DNA of 64,000 nt from an uncultured Methanosarcinaceae archaeon. Lineage in GTDB: Archaea > Halobacteriota > Methanosarcinia > Methanosarcinales > Methanosarcinaceae. The stretch lies in the NCBI GenBank assembly GCA_963733675.1, contig CAVTET010000012.1, positions 128,001 to 192,000 on the forward strand, read 5' to 3'. A program made the translations under genes and the position numbers. Of the stretch, positions 48,012 through 61,918 are shown piece by piece (position 1 is the stretch's first letter; the number at the start of each line of letters is the position of its first letter). The notes beneath the pieces are model-generated. The model had not been told where the DNA came from and made no database searches. It saw only the letters and a list, made by a program, of their open reading frames with translations.

Positions 48012-49642
48012 TCTTGAACTACAAAATCATTGAAATCAAGCTCAAACCCTACAACTGCATACCCGAGAGCAAAGTTGTTTATGACTTCGGTGTGTAATTC
48101 TCCAAACACTCCTATCTTTTTTCCTTTTGCATACACATCAGCCCGCCTACCCTCGAGGAAAGCCATGTCTTTTGACTCTTTTACCTCATAGGGAAGCATC
48201 ATCTCCCTCATGAGGGCATCCACAACTTCATAAATCTCGGTGAAGTTTGCCTGTGGGTGAATCGAGACTGCAGCTACATGCTGGAAGGTCTTTTCGCTTC
48301 TTAAAACCTCACCGAACTCGAAGATCTTCTGGGGGAGTACCCTGTGCCGGTTTAATGCAAGGATTTCAATCAGTGTAGGAAGTAATGTTGTCCTGAGAAT
48401 GGTCTGCTCTTCACTTATCGGGTGAAGTACGTAAGTAACGTCTTCCGTCCGCTGTCTGCGCATATTCTCAAAGTTGATCTTTTCGCTTGTAAGCGTAAAA
48501 GGCATTACCTCGTAGTATCCCAGCCCCACCATAATTTCGTTTACATTAGAACGCAATAAAGAAATTGGATGAGATTTTCCTGCCGTATAGGTCTTAGGAA
48601 TCCTTACTTTGATGTTTTCATATCCATAACCCTTAGCAATATCCTCTATCATGTCATAGTTGTGCAGTATGTCAGCTCTGTAGGCAGGCACTTTTACCTC
48701 AACTGTTTCCTCGTCAAGGGCCTGTGCTCCAAAACGCATCCTTGAAAGGTACTTAACGATCTCTCCTATGGAAAGTTCCATTCCGAGTAGAGATTTAACC
48801 TCACTCTTTGTAAGAAATCTGGTATTTGGCTTCAGGTCAGGCAATACAAATGTTTTGCCATCGTGAGTGAGGACCCTTACGAATTCTATCTGGCCACCAC
48901 GTTCAGCAAGGGCTGTGACAACAATGTTTAAAGTAGTGTAAACAGTTTTCCCAAGCCCTGTAACATCGACAAAAATATCGGTTGTGTTTTCGGTCACACT
49001 CGTGATTGTCCCGTTAATGATAGGTGGGAAAGATAGTACATTGTCATTTGCATCCAGTAAGATTGGGTATTTTTTAAAATTTTTCACTAAATGGGCAAAA
49101 GTTTTGCCTTTAGGGTGGTTTTCCAGAATTTCGTTCATGCTCATCTTTTCAGTGTAATCAAGAGGCACGAATTTTAAACCTGGATCAGTGGCCATGTAGC
49201 GAAAAGGAGGCTTCAAATTTGAAAGATCGTGTACTCCAATAGAAACTTTTTTTCTGTTTCTCCCAGGACCCCAGTGAAGATCTTCCTGTAGATCCATAAG
49301 GGACTTTATCGAAGAAGATGTAAACTTTATTCCCCTGATGACCGCACACCCCAGAAAAGGTCTGATTTTTAGGATGTCCTCACTGATAGATATCGAAATT
49401 TTGTAAGGCTTTACCTTATATTCGGGAAGTCCTGTCTCAAGATCCAGAAAACCCCGCATTGCTCTAGCTATTCCTTCAACACTATAAAGGTCAGGTCTGT
49501 CCGGGAAGAATTCGATATCTATGTATTCATCTTCAATCCTTTCGATATCTGCCCCCATCATTGGCACTCTTTTTATAATGTTTTCCCTATCTATTCCTGT
49601 GAGCTTTTCGAGGTCTTCATACTGCAAGGTAATTACTGGCAT
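48008..49642 (-). CDS. pheT: Phenylalanine-tRNA ligase beta subunit
   Basis: [48 protein letters not shown]. Confidence 0.96.
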   Translation of the reverse strand: MPVITLQYEDLEKLTGIDRENIIKRVPMMGADIERIEDEYIDIEFFPDRPDLYSVEGIARAMRGFLDLETGLPEYKVKPYKISISISEDILKIRPFLGCAVIRGIKFTSSSIKSLMDLQEDLHWGPGRNRKKVSIGVHDLSNLKPPFRYMATDPGLKFVPLDYTEKMSMNEILENHPKGKTFAHLVKNFKKYPILLDANDNVLSFPPIINGTITSVTENTTDIFVDVTGLGKTVYTTLNIVVTALAERGGQIEFVRVLTHDGKTFVLPDLKPNTRFLTKSEVKSLLGMELSIGEIVKYLSRMRFGAQALDEETVEVKVPAYRADILHNYDMIEDIAKGYGYENIKVRIPKTYTAGKSHPISLLRSNVNEIMVGLGYYEVMPFTLTSEKINFENMRRQRTEDVTYVLHPISEEQTILRTTLLPTLIEILALNRHRVLPQKIFEFGEVLRSEKTFQHVAAVSIHPQANFTEIYEVVDALMREMMLPYEVKESKDMAFLEGRRADVYAKGKKIGVFGELHTEVINNFALGYAVVGFELDFNDFVVQE

Positions 49643-50416
49643 TGTAAATCCATCTCATATGTTGCTGGCTAACTTAATCACAAAAATACTCAACTTCAGA
49701 TTTAATGCTTTTGTTCCAGGAGTCGTTTGAAATGTTCTGGAAAATTAAATTATTTGGAAAAAATAACATTTTTTAATCAAAGTTACGGTAGCGAGAATAT
49801 ACCCGCTGCAAGCAGGAGAGCATGTTCTCGTTACCACTTGGGATATAAAAAATTAGTTAATGTCAAATCTTTTCATTTGCTTATAACTTTTTCCCTACTA
49901 GTTTCTGTGATTATTCGTATAGTTTTTAATTAAATTGGAAGTAATACCGTCACCAAAGATTTCGATCTAATCTACGTCACCACACAGTTCACTAAACAAT
50001 AACTGTTCATCAACTATTTGAGATATATATTCTTTGAAATTGGTAAAAGGCATTGCTTTGAGTTTGATGTGATCAAGACTGATGGTTATCATGTACTTCT
50101 TTTCGTTGGTCCTTAACCAAAATATTCTCCTTCAAAAGTGATACGATATATAAGGCTTCACAGCAAGAAAAATCTTTCAAAAATACTATGAGATTAAAAA
50201 TAGCATTGTATAAAAGAAATTTTTACGATACTTCATACGAAGAAGCATGTGATATCTCATTTTATGGACACAACAATTTGATTGACACACTTCCATTTTT
50301 GTAGTAAAAGGGGCTTAAAAATAGAGTTATAGACCATAATTAATTTGAGAGATACTTTTAAAGAAACCATTGCCAAATTAGATCAGGAATTTTCAAGAGC
50401 TAATTTGATAATCTTA

Positions 50417-51598
50417 CTAAAATATAGGAATTAAACCTGGATTATCTCCTGTAATACACTCTCCACCCTTGGAAGTGACTATAAATGTATTTTCAATTCC
50501 TACCATTCCTATATTTTTAATTCCTTTTTTAGGTTCTAAAGCAAATACCATATCTTCTTGAAAAGGTTCATCAAAACCTTCTGCAATTACAGGCAGTTCA
50601 TCGATTTGTAATCCAACCCCATGACCGAGGAATTTTACTTTTCTGTTCCCAAAACCCATGAAATTTTGCAAAAATTCCTCGTCGAGATTACACATTATGG
50701 TATTGTATATTTTAGAAGGGATGGCTCCAGGTCTTAACATTGTTGCAGCTTCATTTTGTATCTCCACGCATTTATCGTGAATATCTCTAACGTAACTGGG
50801 AATAGAAGAACCGAACATGTATGTCGTTGTTTTATCCGTGTTGTAACCTTCAACTGCGCATCCAATGTCAATAAAGACTAGATCACCTTTTTGTAGTCTG
50901 CGGTACCGGCTTCCTATAAGTGGCACTGCCGGACTCATCCCATAATTTCCTCCCGGGCCATTAAAATAAGATGGATAAATTGAGCTTTCGCCAAAGCAGA
51001 CATTTCCTAGGAACATCTCTGTATCAAACATCCCAAAACGGCATAATCCATCATGTCCTTTCTCAACCATAACTGAAAAGAGTGCTGTTGACAAATCTAC
51101 TTCAGACATTCCTGTATATAGTAAATCTGGCAAAATGTCTTCCAGCATGTGTTGATGAATTCTGCCAGCTTCTCTCATCCGAGATAGCTCATATTTGTTT
51201 TTTACCGCTCTGACAGCGGCAATTTGAGTATCAACGGATTTAACGTTCTTAAAAGGAAAATATTTTTGAAATCTATGATATAAAGCTAAGGGAACTACTT
51301 CAGTTTCCAGATATACAGTATCTGGAAGCCCACTTATGTCATTTGAAGCATCACGAAAACTGTTCATAGGCTCTATATCAGGAAATAATGATTCTTTCAG
51401 AGCTCTTTCATAGCTTCGCCGCACCCAGAATGTTGCCTCTCCATTTTTCGGAATGAGGAGCATTCCATCCTGCATCGTGCCAGTAAAGTAGTAGAGATTT
51501 ATCTTGCTGAATATAACTTCAGGATTTGAGATATCCATTCGTTTTTTGAAACATCTCATACGGTTTTTGAGTTCATTCAAAGGTACTTTCCTAATCAT
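50417..51598 (-). CDS. Xaa-Pro peptidase family (M24B)
   Basis: VFIDIG, GYNTDKT, GHGVGL..DE.P, ALEPK, GIEN. Confidence 0.9.
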   Translation of the reverse strand: MIRKVPLNELKNRMRCFKKRMDISNPEVIFSKINLYYFTGTMQDGMLLIPKNGEATFWVRRSYERALKESLFPDIEPMNSFRDASNDISGLPDTVYLETEVVPLALYHRFQKYFPFKNVKSVDTQIAAVRAVKNKYELSRMREAGRIHQHMLEDILPDLLYTGMSEVDLSTALFSVMVEKGHDGLCRFGMFDTEMFLGNVCFGESSIYPSYFNGPGGNYGMSPAVPLIGSRYRRLQKGDLVFIDIGCAVEGYNTDKTTTYMFGSSIPSYVRDIHDKCVEIQNEAATMLRPGAIPSKIYNTIMCNLDEEFLQNFMGFGNRKVKFLGHGVGLQIDELPVIAEGFDEPFQEDMVFALEPKKGIKNIGMVGIENTFIVTSKGGECITGDNPGLIPIF

Positions 51599-51908
51599 GT
51601 GGATTCCTTTACTAAGTTTATCTGTTTTCAGTTATAGAAATATAACCCATTAATGTCTTTTTCACCAAAACCTGACTATTCCAAGTGGTGTGTCGATTTT
51701 TCGTAAAATCATAAATCTCAAGAAGTTTAGAGAAGTACTTAGAGCAAGAAAGTCCGTAATCAGTCAAGGACATAAAATTTAAAAAGATGGTGCATAACAT
51801 AAACAAAAAAGGTTTAGAAATATTGCATCAAAGTAAGGATTTCTACAAAGCCGTTAATAAGTTTGCTTTTATCAATTGCAACATATAGAAAAAAAATAAT
51901 TGGTTTAA

Positions 51909-52532
51909 TTACCAAAGAATTTTGTAACCTAATATTTTACCCTGTGTATAGTCTCTAACATATGGAGGGTATAATGAATGGGGGTGATAGATTATACCTA
52001 CTTGAACAGTTACTATATCGTCACAGCTTGGCATATTTTTAGTTACTGGAGTAGGATCACCTGTGCAATCGATAAATACAAGACCTTTATCAGTTGTGTT
52101 GAAGCAGTTAAGATATTGATCGTCTTCACCGGCTAACCAAGCATCTACAATTCCACATCTAATTCCTGCCCTCGACGCATTATTGTAAACATCTCTTGCC
52201 ATGGAATCACACTCGTATTTGCCAGCTACATATAATTTTTTATCTGTTTGATCCGCTTTAATGAAGGCTACCATTTGAGCAAATGTTGGATCTTTTGCTT
52301 TTGGATTTGGCACTAGACCTCCTGGAAACCAATACTGATGAGAATAGTTTCTATTGTATGCGCACACCTCTGATAATGTTAAATTGTGCACATTATTCTT
52401 TACATGACTGACACTCAAATTTTGATTTGGATGTCTGCTCTGGTTCAAATTATTTCCAGCGCTTTCTAGGTGACATTTAATAATATTATTATAACTATTA
52501 ATATTGGGGTTTTCAGTTTCATTTATAATCAC
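51909..52532 (-). CDS. Hypothetical protein with transglutaminase/cysteine-protease-like fold
   Basis: DPTFAQMVAFIKADQTD, YECDSMA, GIRCGIV, FNTTDKGLVFIDCTG. Confidence 0.65.
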   Translation of the reverse strand: MIINETENPNINSYNNIIKCHLESAGNNLNQSRHPNQNLSVSHVKNNVHNLTLSEVCAYNRNYSHQYWFPGGLVPNPKAKDPTFAQMVAFIKADQTDKKLYVAGKYECDSMARDVYNNASRAGIRCGIVDAWLAGEDDQYLNCFNTTDKGLVFIDCTGDPTPVTKNMPSCDDIVTVQVGIIYHPHSLYPPYVRDYTQGKILGYKILW

Positions 52533-53117
52533 CGTATGACATTTAATATTAATATAATAAGTATTTTTCTAACAAAAGAAAAGTGTCCGTATTTTAGATC
52601 TTTCTTTTCTTTAGAAGAGGATGGTTGATACTTTAAATCAGGTCAAAACAACTGTTTTACACATTCATTTATACCAATTACAAAACTTGCAACATACTTT
52701 CGACAAACTTGTAAGTTCCTGTCCTTGGGTAAAGGCAAAATATTGGTTTCCGGTAAATAAAAAGCGGACTTTTTTGTACTTCATGTCGGTGATGTCGAAA
52801 GAAATTTATTTATTCTCGATATCTTAGTAATCACTCTGAAAAAAAATGTAACATTAAAAAAACAGAGAAAAAAATATTTTTTTTGAAGAAAGAAACTTAT
52901 AAAAAGCATTTTTGTGGATATGTTACACATCGTGCAAAAATTTCTTCTTTTATAAACAAAACAATGAAAGATAAAAATTATTTTGGATAAAAAAACTTTA
53001 AAGACTGACTTAAGAAACTACATCAGGGAATAAATAAAACTCAGAAGTAACCCTAAGCAAAGGAAAAAAAGCAAAGAGGAGCGAGAGCAGGCAAAAATAG
53101 AATCTACAAATCAATGT

Positions 53118-53199
53118 GCGAGGGTTGCCCTACTAGGTCAAAGGCAACAGATTCAAGATCGGGTTTCGAAAGAATTAGAAGGTTGAATTCCACCATCGT
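53118..53199 (+). pseudogene. Decayed tRNA-Leu(CAA)
   Basis: GCGAGGGTTGCCC..AGGTCAAAGGC 5' half typical of archaeal tRNA-Leu, loop TTCAAGA, variable arm; T-arm and 3' acceptor strand corrupted. Confidence 0.72.
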
Positions 53200-54036
53200 C
53201 TTGGTTATGTTATAAATATCTCGAATTGTTGTACGCTACTATTTATATGAGCATAATTTTTTTTCAAAAATTGTCCTGACTAAAGACCAAATTTTACAAA
53301 TTTTATTTAATTAAATTAGAATTTTGAATCGTGCACAATTAGCGATCAATATTTTATCTTGAAATGCACTTTGCACAACTGTGCTCTTTTTTAAGCTTAC
53401 TTACGAGAGAGAACCAAAACTTTACTCCATGAGAAATTCGATCTAGAGCGCAAGTACGTGACTTTCTGGATAAACATCAACATTAATTATGGATTATCAA
53501 ACTTTTTGTGCTCCTATTTTAAGCAATAGATATTTTAAGAAAACTATACTGAGGACTTAAAGAAAGACATTCACAGAAATTTGTGTAGGGTTACTGGCTA
53601 TAATAACAGGTAAATTACACTCGTTCTAAACAGGAGTATGAAAGCAAAAAAACCTGAATTCTTATTTTTATGATTATGAATTACAAAAAGATTACTTTCA
53701 AATGTTATTATAACAAATATCGAAAATTGAGCGACAATGGTTCAAGTATAGCTACAAACAACGACACCAAACGAGAAATCTTTTTTCACATGGGCAAAAC
53801 AAATATGCTCAGAAAATCCTGAAATTTTAGATCACATGAGAAAAAGTACTGATCCGCCAGATAGAGCAATAGCAATTAGGATAATGAAAAACGCAGAAAA
53901 GAATATAAAATCTTTTATCTTAAGAAAACTGTGCTACAGTTAATCAGATAATTTTATTCAGGGAAAGCTAAAAGCATACAATAATCAATTAGCAAAATAT
54001 TTATCTGTAATCAAAATGAGAACTAAATTTTTAGTC

Positions 54037-54635
54037 GTGAGAAGATTCGCTTAGACTGGAATGAAGCATACAAGGGTACACCACCATGGGATATCGGTCA
54101 TCCCCAGTCAGTTTTTGAAGCTCTCATAAAGGACGGAGAAATTAAACCTGGAAGAGCTCTGGATATTGGATGTGGCCGTGGTGATAATGCAAGAATGTTA
54201 GCCATAAATGGATGTGATGTTACAGGTATAGACCTTGTTGAAGATGCTATCACAGATGCAAAAGCGAAAGCTATAAAGCATCATGTTAAGGTAAATTTTG
54301 TAGTCGGAAATGTGTTACAGATGGACCGACTTTTCATGGAAGCTGAATTCGATACCGTTATTGATTCTGGTTTGTTTCATGTGATGATGGATGAGGAAAA
54401 GCCAGTTTTTGCACGGCAGATACATAGAGTTCTAAAACCAGCCGGCAAATATTTCATGCTGAGTTTCTCTGATAAAGAGCCCGAAGGCTATGGTCCCAGG
54501 AGGATTTCAAAAGCTGAAATTGAGCGTACTTTCACGCCACTTTTCAATATTATATATATAAAAGACTCAGTTTTCGATTCTAGGGTCGGACCGAGTAGCA
54601 TTAAAGCTGACCTTATGTCAGCTATTAGGAGTTAA
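54037..54635 (+). pseudogene. Class I SAM-dependent methyltransferase, 5' frameshift
   Basis: WNEAYKGTPPWDIG, ALDIGCGRG, IDSGLFH in one frame with no in-frame start; GTG 54037 frame stops after 5 codons. Confidence 0.75.
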
Positions 54636-55631
54636 TTAGATCAAGCTAAAGATTTTGATGATCTTATTTGAAGTTCCATAAAATCTAGGATTGACTCTAC
54701 GTCCTGATTGACTCTATGTTCTTTTTCTTTTACTACAAAAAATAAAATTTCTCGTTTTGTCGATGTAGAAGTTTTTTTACAAAACCTGTGCATAATATAG
54801 AGTAAATCTTATTTTTGATAATGAAGAAAAAGGTTCACAGTCATTTGAAATTTTTGCAACAAATCCACACTTTCTATCTGTGAGACCGGAATCACTGATA
54901 TTATGACAGGCAGCCCTGAAGAAGTCGTTGGATTACCTGCGTTCTATTCTTTTGCGGGTATTTTATTCTTGGTAAGCATCCTCTGGTCGACCCAGGTATT
55001 TCTACAGCCTTACTGATAAATCGGTTCTACTCCAATAATATTGTTTTGGGTATTGATATTCCCCATGTTTTGCAGGATTCCTAACTCTGGTAAGAGATCT
55101 TACTTCTTTGCATGTATCGGTTTATGCAGAAAAATATCACCTTTCGAGCCAATGGGAGGGCATGAGCAGGTAGAAAATAGAACCATAACGAGAAAACTAC
55201 ATCAAAATGGCAGGAGAACTTCTAGAAAAGAAGCCTGTCAATCATCTGTATTATTAGACAACTTTCACAGCTAATTTTTTACTTCAGCTTACACTTTGTG
55301 AATAGATGTTAACAGCAGTTTGAAATCAGTATTTACTTAGAACTATTAATAATATTTTTATAGTCTCGTTGGAAATATGGCAGTTTGTATGGTTTTGTGG
55401 CTAAATTTTGCTGTTGATTTGAGTGGAATGGCGTATATATTCCTGGCTATTAATCTATTGTTCTGCGTTTTTGAAGTGTTAATTTTTACGGTGCAAACTA
55501 TAATTTATAATTTCTGTAGCATTATTTACAAGTATACTATAGTGAATAGAGCTGAAAAGGCAATTAGATCGTTAATGGGAGATCAGAAAAACCCTAAAGA
55601 ATTTTCCCTTGCTCCTTAATCAGAAAAGTAG

Positions 55632-56258
<627 letters not shown>

Positions 56259-57052
56259 TCATAGATACTATTGTTTTATATGCTACTGGATGGTCTTTCA
56301 GTCCTTCAAGTCACTTAGTCTATTCTTTTTATGCTCAGGTGAGTTTCCCTTAATTAATATGTGTGAATGATCCGAATTCTTCGGCACAAAATTTAAACTA
56401 CTTGTTGCAGTTTGTGCTTTCAGAAAGTTCTTTATGTTCTATATAAAATTTCCAACCTTCTTAGTGTTTCCAAAACTGAATCCCTCACTTTATGCAACAG
56501 CTATAAGCTCCTGATAATAAAATTATGATCCAGAAAATGGCCAGAAATTCTCAGAAATCAGCGGTTTCTAACTAGCTTATGGCGCACTATACACATCATT
56601 TCCATATATAAATAAATCGGTCAGAAATATCTTATGCCCTTCTTTCAGGATCCTCGACTGATAAAGGAAAGTTAAAGAAAATATGATGCATTGTTTGTGC
56701 TCATCCACTGTAATATTGTTCTCCCATTTTTTCAAAATCCTTTTATTGCATTGATAAAAAGTGAAAATAAAAAGTTTAATGGAAGAGTAAGTCTTTTGGC
56801 GGCACAAGCACATAACCTTTTCCTGAATTCCTCTTACCAGCTCTCGGGGTTAAGCCCCTTTTAGGAACGGGAACTATATCACCTCTTACGCACTACTCAA
56901 GAGCAGCTTGGCAGAGTCTTTTACTTTGAGGACTATAATTTCATGAGCTCACTGTGCTTAAATGGGTGTCTAAATCTTTTGGGGACTGACAGTCTAGTAG
57001 GCGCAACCGATGGGCTTTATGGGTTTTTAAATGCTGATAGTAACTCGACATT

Positions 57053-58192
57053 TCAGATCTTCTTCCGCATTAGAGACATTATGCCTGGCCTTGAAGAGTT
57101 CATCGTCTGTGGCAAAAAAACATCCATTTCACAGGAACTGAACATCTCCTCATTGAACCTTTTTGTTATTTCGTCGAAAATCATCTTGTATGCAGTGCAA
57201 TAAGGATCTATACCCCTTATTTCACCTCCTGTAGGAACTATGGCATTGTATGGGCATCCTCCTCTACAGTATTTAATGTGAGTACATTTGCCACATTCTT
57301 TGTCCACATATTCTTTAAACTTGTTCAAGCATTTCCATGCATTGGATTGGGAAAGGTCTTCCATAGTCGGATGGTCATATACATTACCCATAATCCATTC
57401 GTCCATGCCCACAAAGCGATAACATGGATATATATTTCCTTCAGGTCCAACTGCAAATGTGTCTCCCATGCAATCAACATATGTGCAGACAGTTCCCTTT
57501 CCTGTAAATACACATTTACACAGATGGTCAATATTCATAACTTCAATTTTACCCATATTTTCCAGATATTTGTCGAGAAGGTAAATTAAAAGTTCTCCAT
57601 ACTCTTCCGGATCAATTGTCCATTTTTTGGGATTTTCGCCTTTTAAAGAAGGTAGGCATGGGTGTAATTTGAGAGTAAAACCGTGCTCAAGATAAAAATT
57701 GAAAATTTCTTCCTTGAACTTTACGGAATGAGAAGTGAAAGTGGTAATGAATCTAACATTAAGTCCTTGGTTCCTTGCAATTTCGTAGCCCATCATTGTT
57801 TTTGTGTAGTACCCTTTTCCCCTTTGGAAGTCATTGAGCTCCTTTGGACCATCCAAACTTGAGCCTATGGGGATATTGTATTCAGCAAAAATTTTAGCTA
57901 TTTCCGGGGTAAGCTTCCAGAGGTTTGTCTGTATCGCAAAAGCTATTTTCCGTGTGCTTAAACCCTTAACAAGTATCTGTAGTGCTTCTAGATAAAAATC
58001 TGCTCCTGCTAGGAGTGGCTCCCCACCATGGAAAGTAAAAGTAACAGAATCTTCCCTTAAACTTTTAAGCCATTTAACAACTTCTGTTATCGTTTCAATG
58101 CTCATTATCGGAGATTTTTCCTCGGAACTCCAGCAGTAACTGCAATTAGCAGGGCAACCAAGGGTAGGTATAATCATTACTTGAAAAGGCAT
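57053..58192 (-). CDS. Radical SAM/SPASM enzyme, methanogen putative peptide-modifying family (TIGR04083-like)
   Basis: CPANCSYC, FHGGEPL, QTN, SLDGP; SPASM IYPC, CGKC..IKYCRGGCP, DPYC. Confidence 0.88.
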   Translation of the reverse strand: MPFQVMIIPTLGCPANCSYCWSSEEKSPIMSIETITEVVKWLKSLREDSVTFTFHGGEPLLAGADFYLEALQILVKGLSTRKIAFAIQTNLWKLTPEIAKIFAEYNIPIGSSLDGPKELNDFQRGKGYYTKTMMGYEIARNQGLNVRFITTFTSHSVKFKEEIFNFYLEHGFTLKLHPCLPSLKGENPKKWTIDPEEYGELLIYLLDKYLENMGKIEVMNIDHLCKCVFTGKGTVCTYVDCMGDTFAVGPEGNIYPCYRFVGMDEWIMGNVYDHPTMEDLSQSNAWKCLNKFKEYVDKECGKCTHIKYCRGGCPYNAIVPTGGEIRGIDPYCTAYKMIFDEITKRFNEEMFSSCEMDVFLPQTMNSSRPGIMSLMRKKI

Positions 58193-58249
58193 CTTTAAAG
58201 CTCCTTTTTTTAAGCTTCTTTAAATTATGAGTAGCTTTCTGAGTTAAGT

Positions 58250-59100
58250 ACTTCACTGATTTTACTCCCCAATAAACGAAGCCTAAAAGTACCCTTTTAT
58301 TGGTGAAAAAACCTTAATGGGTCCTCGCTATTATATTAAGTATGAATATGGTCCTAAATAAGAATCAAATTCTTCGAATTACAGGCTCAAACTAATAAAA
58401 ATACTTTCTCAGCGATCTTTTTCTCTCTACTGACCCCACCCAGCATATTGGCCATGAAGGTTGCGTTTATTCTGGTTTCTGTTGCAGAATTTCCACCCAA
58501 TGAACTGCTATCCCTTGAAATTTCGGAAGAATTCCCATGTCTACCATTGATTTAGATCTTCTTTTTGGATGGAAAAAAACAACACGTGTATTTGTCATTG
58601 GAAACTGCATTGATCCAAAGTCCTTATCTCTTGATTTTCATCCCTATTTATCATTAATAGATGACATGAAAAATTTTTACATCTCCCTGATCATATTCCC
58701 AAATTTATCTAAATTTCGGAAAGATCCTCTTTCTACCCTAATTATGATAGCAGAACATATTTTCATCTTCACAATCTCATTAAAAAAACTCAGAAATCCT
58801 CCATGAATGATAAACTACTAATTTTTACAGTAGATTACTAAGCTAGAATATTAGGCTCATCTGGATATCTCACTGATTTAGGGAAAACAATTTCATTTGA
58901 TATTCCACAGTAAGGAAAAATCTCTATCAACTTCCATTTTCTATAAAAATAAGATTTATTGGTGGAATATCAAAACTTTGTCTATTCTCATGGGCTCCAA
59001 CTTCAACATCTCAATAGAGTAACCACATTCTTTGTAGTAGTTCAAAGAGTGTTTCATTAGACAACCCGTATCATTACTGATCTCAGAGTTCCATTTGAAA
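58250..59100 (-). pseudogene. Heavily decayed gene upstream of the radical SAM gene (possibly a methyltransferase)
   Basis: Coding-like fragments with many stops; ends ..GFFT..GFVYWGVK; identity uncertain. Confidence 0.3.
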
Positions 59101-59329
59101 ACAACCGGGCAGGAAAGGATAATAAGAATAATGAAATTAAAATAAAAATATATTGAAATTTAGAACCACGCAAGGAGTTGAAGCTTCCTACAGAATTAGA
59201 GCCTACATTTCTGCGATCAAAAGAAGCAATTTCCCAATTATAGAAGTTATTCTAGCGCTATTCAATGGAACAAAATTAACTATACCCTAATAGTTACAGT
59301 TACCAAATTCAAATATTTTTGTTTACTTA

Positions 59330-59835
59330 TATTCTTTTTTCTTCATGGTTTCCCTGATTTTAAACATATTTTCTAAGTACATAGGAAGTTGTATCATCAC
59401 TCACAGTTCCAATGTAACCTTCACAACTCCAAAGTTCAAAACCAAACAATTGTTTTTAATCGCAGATTATTGTTTAATTTTTATTGCGATGATACCTATT
59501 ATAATCTCATCACTCTTGAAGTAAAATATTTTGTTTCAGCACCAACTAAAAGATGCACATGATCAATATCATTATAGGCTTCAGCAAACCTAACACAGTA
59601 TATTTTACCAATTTTGAAGCATACATATTTCAAATAGTTGATGATATATTTGTCTAAGAAGAAATTTTTCACGACACTTAACACAAAAAATAATGTGATA
59701 TCTTATTTTATGAGCACAATGGCCTTTGGGTGACGTAGTTCCATTTCATAGTGTAAGGCTAAATTAACATATAAACACGTTAGTTAATAACGGTTTTCTG
59801 GGGAGTTACCATCCCAGCAGCAAGATGTTGGATAC
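59330..59835 (-). mobile_element. IS200/IS605 TnpA remnant with end hairpin
   Basis: DHVHLLV HUH motif, FGFELWSCEGYIGTVSDDT; CCCAGCAGCAAGATGTTGG hairpin. Confidence 0.72.
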
Positions 59836-59993
59836 TTGACTGGGGTAAAGTCAGCCAACTTAAATTCACTCATTAAATCTTCATTAATGTGGCTGAAGAT
59901 ATTGTTTTATCCCCGTTAAATAGTTTCTGTATATCAAAAAATTGAAACATATACAATTAATAATAAGTTCAGTTCTTATTGTTAGGGTTTAAG

Positions 59994-61766
59994 ATGACAT
60001 CGGCGATTGAATGGGCTGAAAAATACCGTCCCCAGAGCCTCAAAGAGATAGTGGGGAACAAGAGGGCAGTGCAATATTTGAGGACATGGGCTGATGATTG
60101 GCTTTTTGGGATACCTGAGAAAAGGGCAGTGATCCTTCATGGACCACCAGGAATAGGTAAGACTTCGAGTGCTCATGCTCTTGCTCGGGATCTGGCCTGG
60201 GAAGTAATCGAACTCAATGCAAGTGACCAGAGGACTGCAGGTATAATTGAGAAGATTGCAGGGTCGGCAGCGTTTATGAATACTTTCTTTGGAAAAAAAC
60301 GCTTGATTATCCTAGATGAGGCAGACAATATTCATGGGAGTGCAGATAGAGGTGGAATGCGGGCTATTGCAGGGATTATAAAATCTACGCTCCAACCAAT
60401 CGTGCTGATTGCAAACGATGTTTATGGGTTAAACTCTACTATCAGGAACTTCTGCCTTGAAATAAAGTTCGGATCCGTACAAAGTCGTTCAATGATATCT
60501 GATTTGAATAAAGTATGTGAGAGTGAAGGAATCTCATGCAACCCGGATGTAGTCCAAATGATTGCGGAAAATGCTGGAGGAGACTTCCGGAGTGCAATAA
60601 ATGACCTTCAAGCTGCAGCTATAGGGAAGAAAGTGCTGGAAGCAAAAGATATCAGCACTTCAGGCAGGGACACCCGAAAAAACATTTTCAAGGCGATGCA
60701 GACAATATTTAAGAGCACTGACTGTAAAAAGGCCCTTGAGGTTACCCGCGGTCTCGATGAAAGTCCTGAAGATCTTGTACACTGGATCGATGAGAATCTG
60801 CCTATTCAGTATTCATGCAAAGACGGTAAAATTGGAGATATAAGAACTGGCTTTGGTTATCTCTCAAGGGCTGACCTCTATCTTGGGCGCGTGAAGAAAC
60901 GTCAAAACTATCGGATGTGGAGATATGCCAGCATGCTTATGGTCTGCGGAGCTGTAATATCAAAGACAAAATCCTACCCAGGATTTATTAAATTCCAGCA
61001 GCCTTCTCTCTGGAGAAGACTCGGACAGACCCGTTCAAAAAGAGATCTCCGAGACAATATAGCTTCAAAAATTGGAGAACATAGCTTTAAATCACTGCGT
61101 TATTCCAGAAAAAACCTGCTAAATCTGTACTCTCATATGGTAAAAGATGAAACATCTTCTATTGAAGTTATTGGATGCCTACGGCTTGAACTTGAGGAAT
61201 TTATGTACCTCTCAGGAAGCACAAAAGCTAGTAAAAAGATGCAAAAAATATATGATGAGGCACAGGAATTTCTCAGTGAAGTAAACGGAGAAGCAAAAAA
61301 AACGGAATTTTTCAAAATTCCTGTACCTTCAAAAAATAATAAGCAGATTTCTTCTGGTTGCACAGTTAAAAGTCAAGGGGAAAAAGAAGAAAAAACTTCT
61401 GGAAAATCCGACATTTCCGAACTCCGAGTTTCTGAAGACGAGCAAAAAATTATCAACCTCGAATTTAATTTTTCCTCTAAGATTTCTGGAGAAAATAAGC
61501 CTTTTGAAAGTAATAAACCTGATAGCCTTATAAATGATAACCTTATCGCTGAAAATCCTCAGTATTTAGAAGAGAACGTTTTTTCTCAGTCTGAACCTGT
61601 AGACAACAAAATCTCTACCGAGCCTTCACGACTGAATAGCCCTGCAAAAAAAGAACCTTTTTCCGAGAAAGTTACTGAACTTAAATCTATTAATTTTGAT
61701 ATTGAAGCAGAGGAAGTTCCTAAAAAATTGGAGTCTAAATCTCAAAAAACACTCTTCGATTTTTAA
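59994..61766 (+). CDS. rfcL: Replication factor C large subunit
   Basis: [39 protein letters not shown]-terminal PIP box QKTLFDF. Confidence 0.95.
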   Translation: MTSAIEWAEKYRPQSLKEIVGNKRAVQYLRTWADDWLFGIPEKRAVILHGPPGIGKTSSAHALARDLAWEVIELNASDQRTAGIIEKIAGSAAFMNTFFGKKRLIILDEADNIHGSADRGGMRAIAGIIKSTLQPIVLIANDVYGLNSTIRNFCLEIKFGSVQSRSMISDLNKVCESEGISCNPDVVQMIAENAGGDFRSAINDLQAAAIGKKVLEAKDISTSGRDTRKNIFKAMQTIFKSTDCKKALEVTRGLDESPEDLVHWIDENLPIQYSCKDGKIGDIRTGFGYLSRADLYLGRVKKRQNYRMWRYASMLMVCGAVISKTKSYPGFIKFQQPSLWRRLGQTRSKRDLRDNIASKIGEHSFKSLRYSRKNLLNLYSHMVKDETSSIEVIGCLRLELEEFMYLSGSTKASKKMQKIYDEAQEFLSEVNGEAKKTEFFKIPVPSKNNKQISSGCTVKSQGEKEEKTSGKSDISELRVSEDEQKIINLEFNFSSKISGENKPFESNKPDSLINDNLIAENPQYLEENVFSQSEPVDNKISTEPSRLNSPAKKEPFSEKVTELKSINFDIEAEEVPKKLESKSQKTLFDF

Positions 61767-61918
61767 TTCATTTCTCTATTTATAGTAAGTAGTACATCCT
61801 ATAGACTTCTGATTAACGAGTCATTGAATCTGCAACATATATTAGTATAATATTGATTTAAAGTTCTCTTTATTCCGCATGGAACCTTAAATCATAGAAG
61901 AGCTCGATCCTTGAGAAC

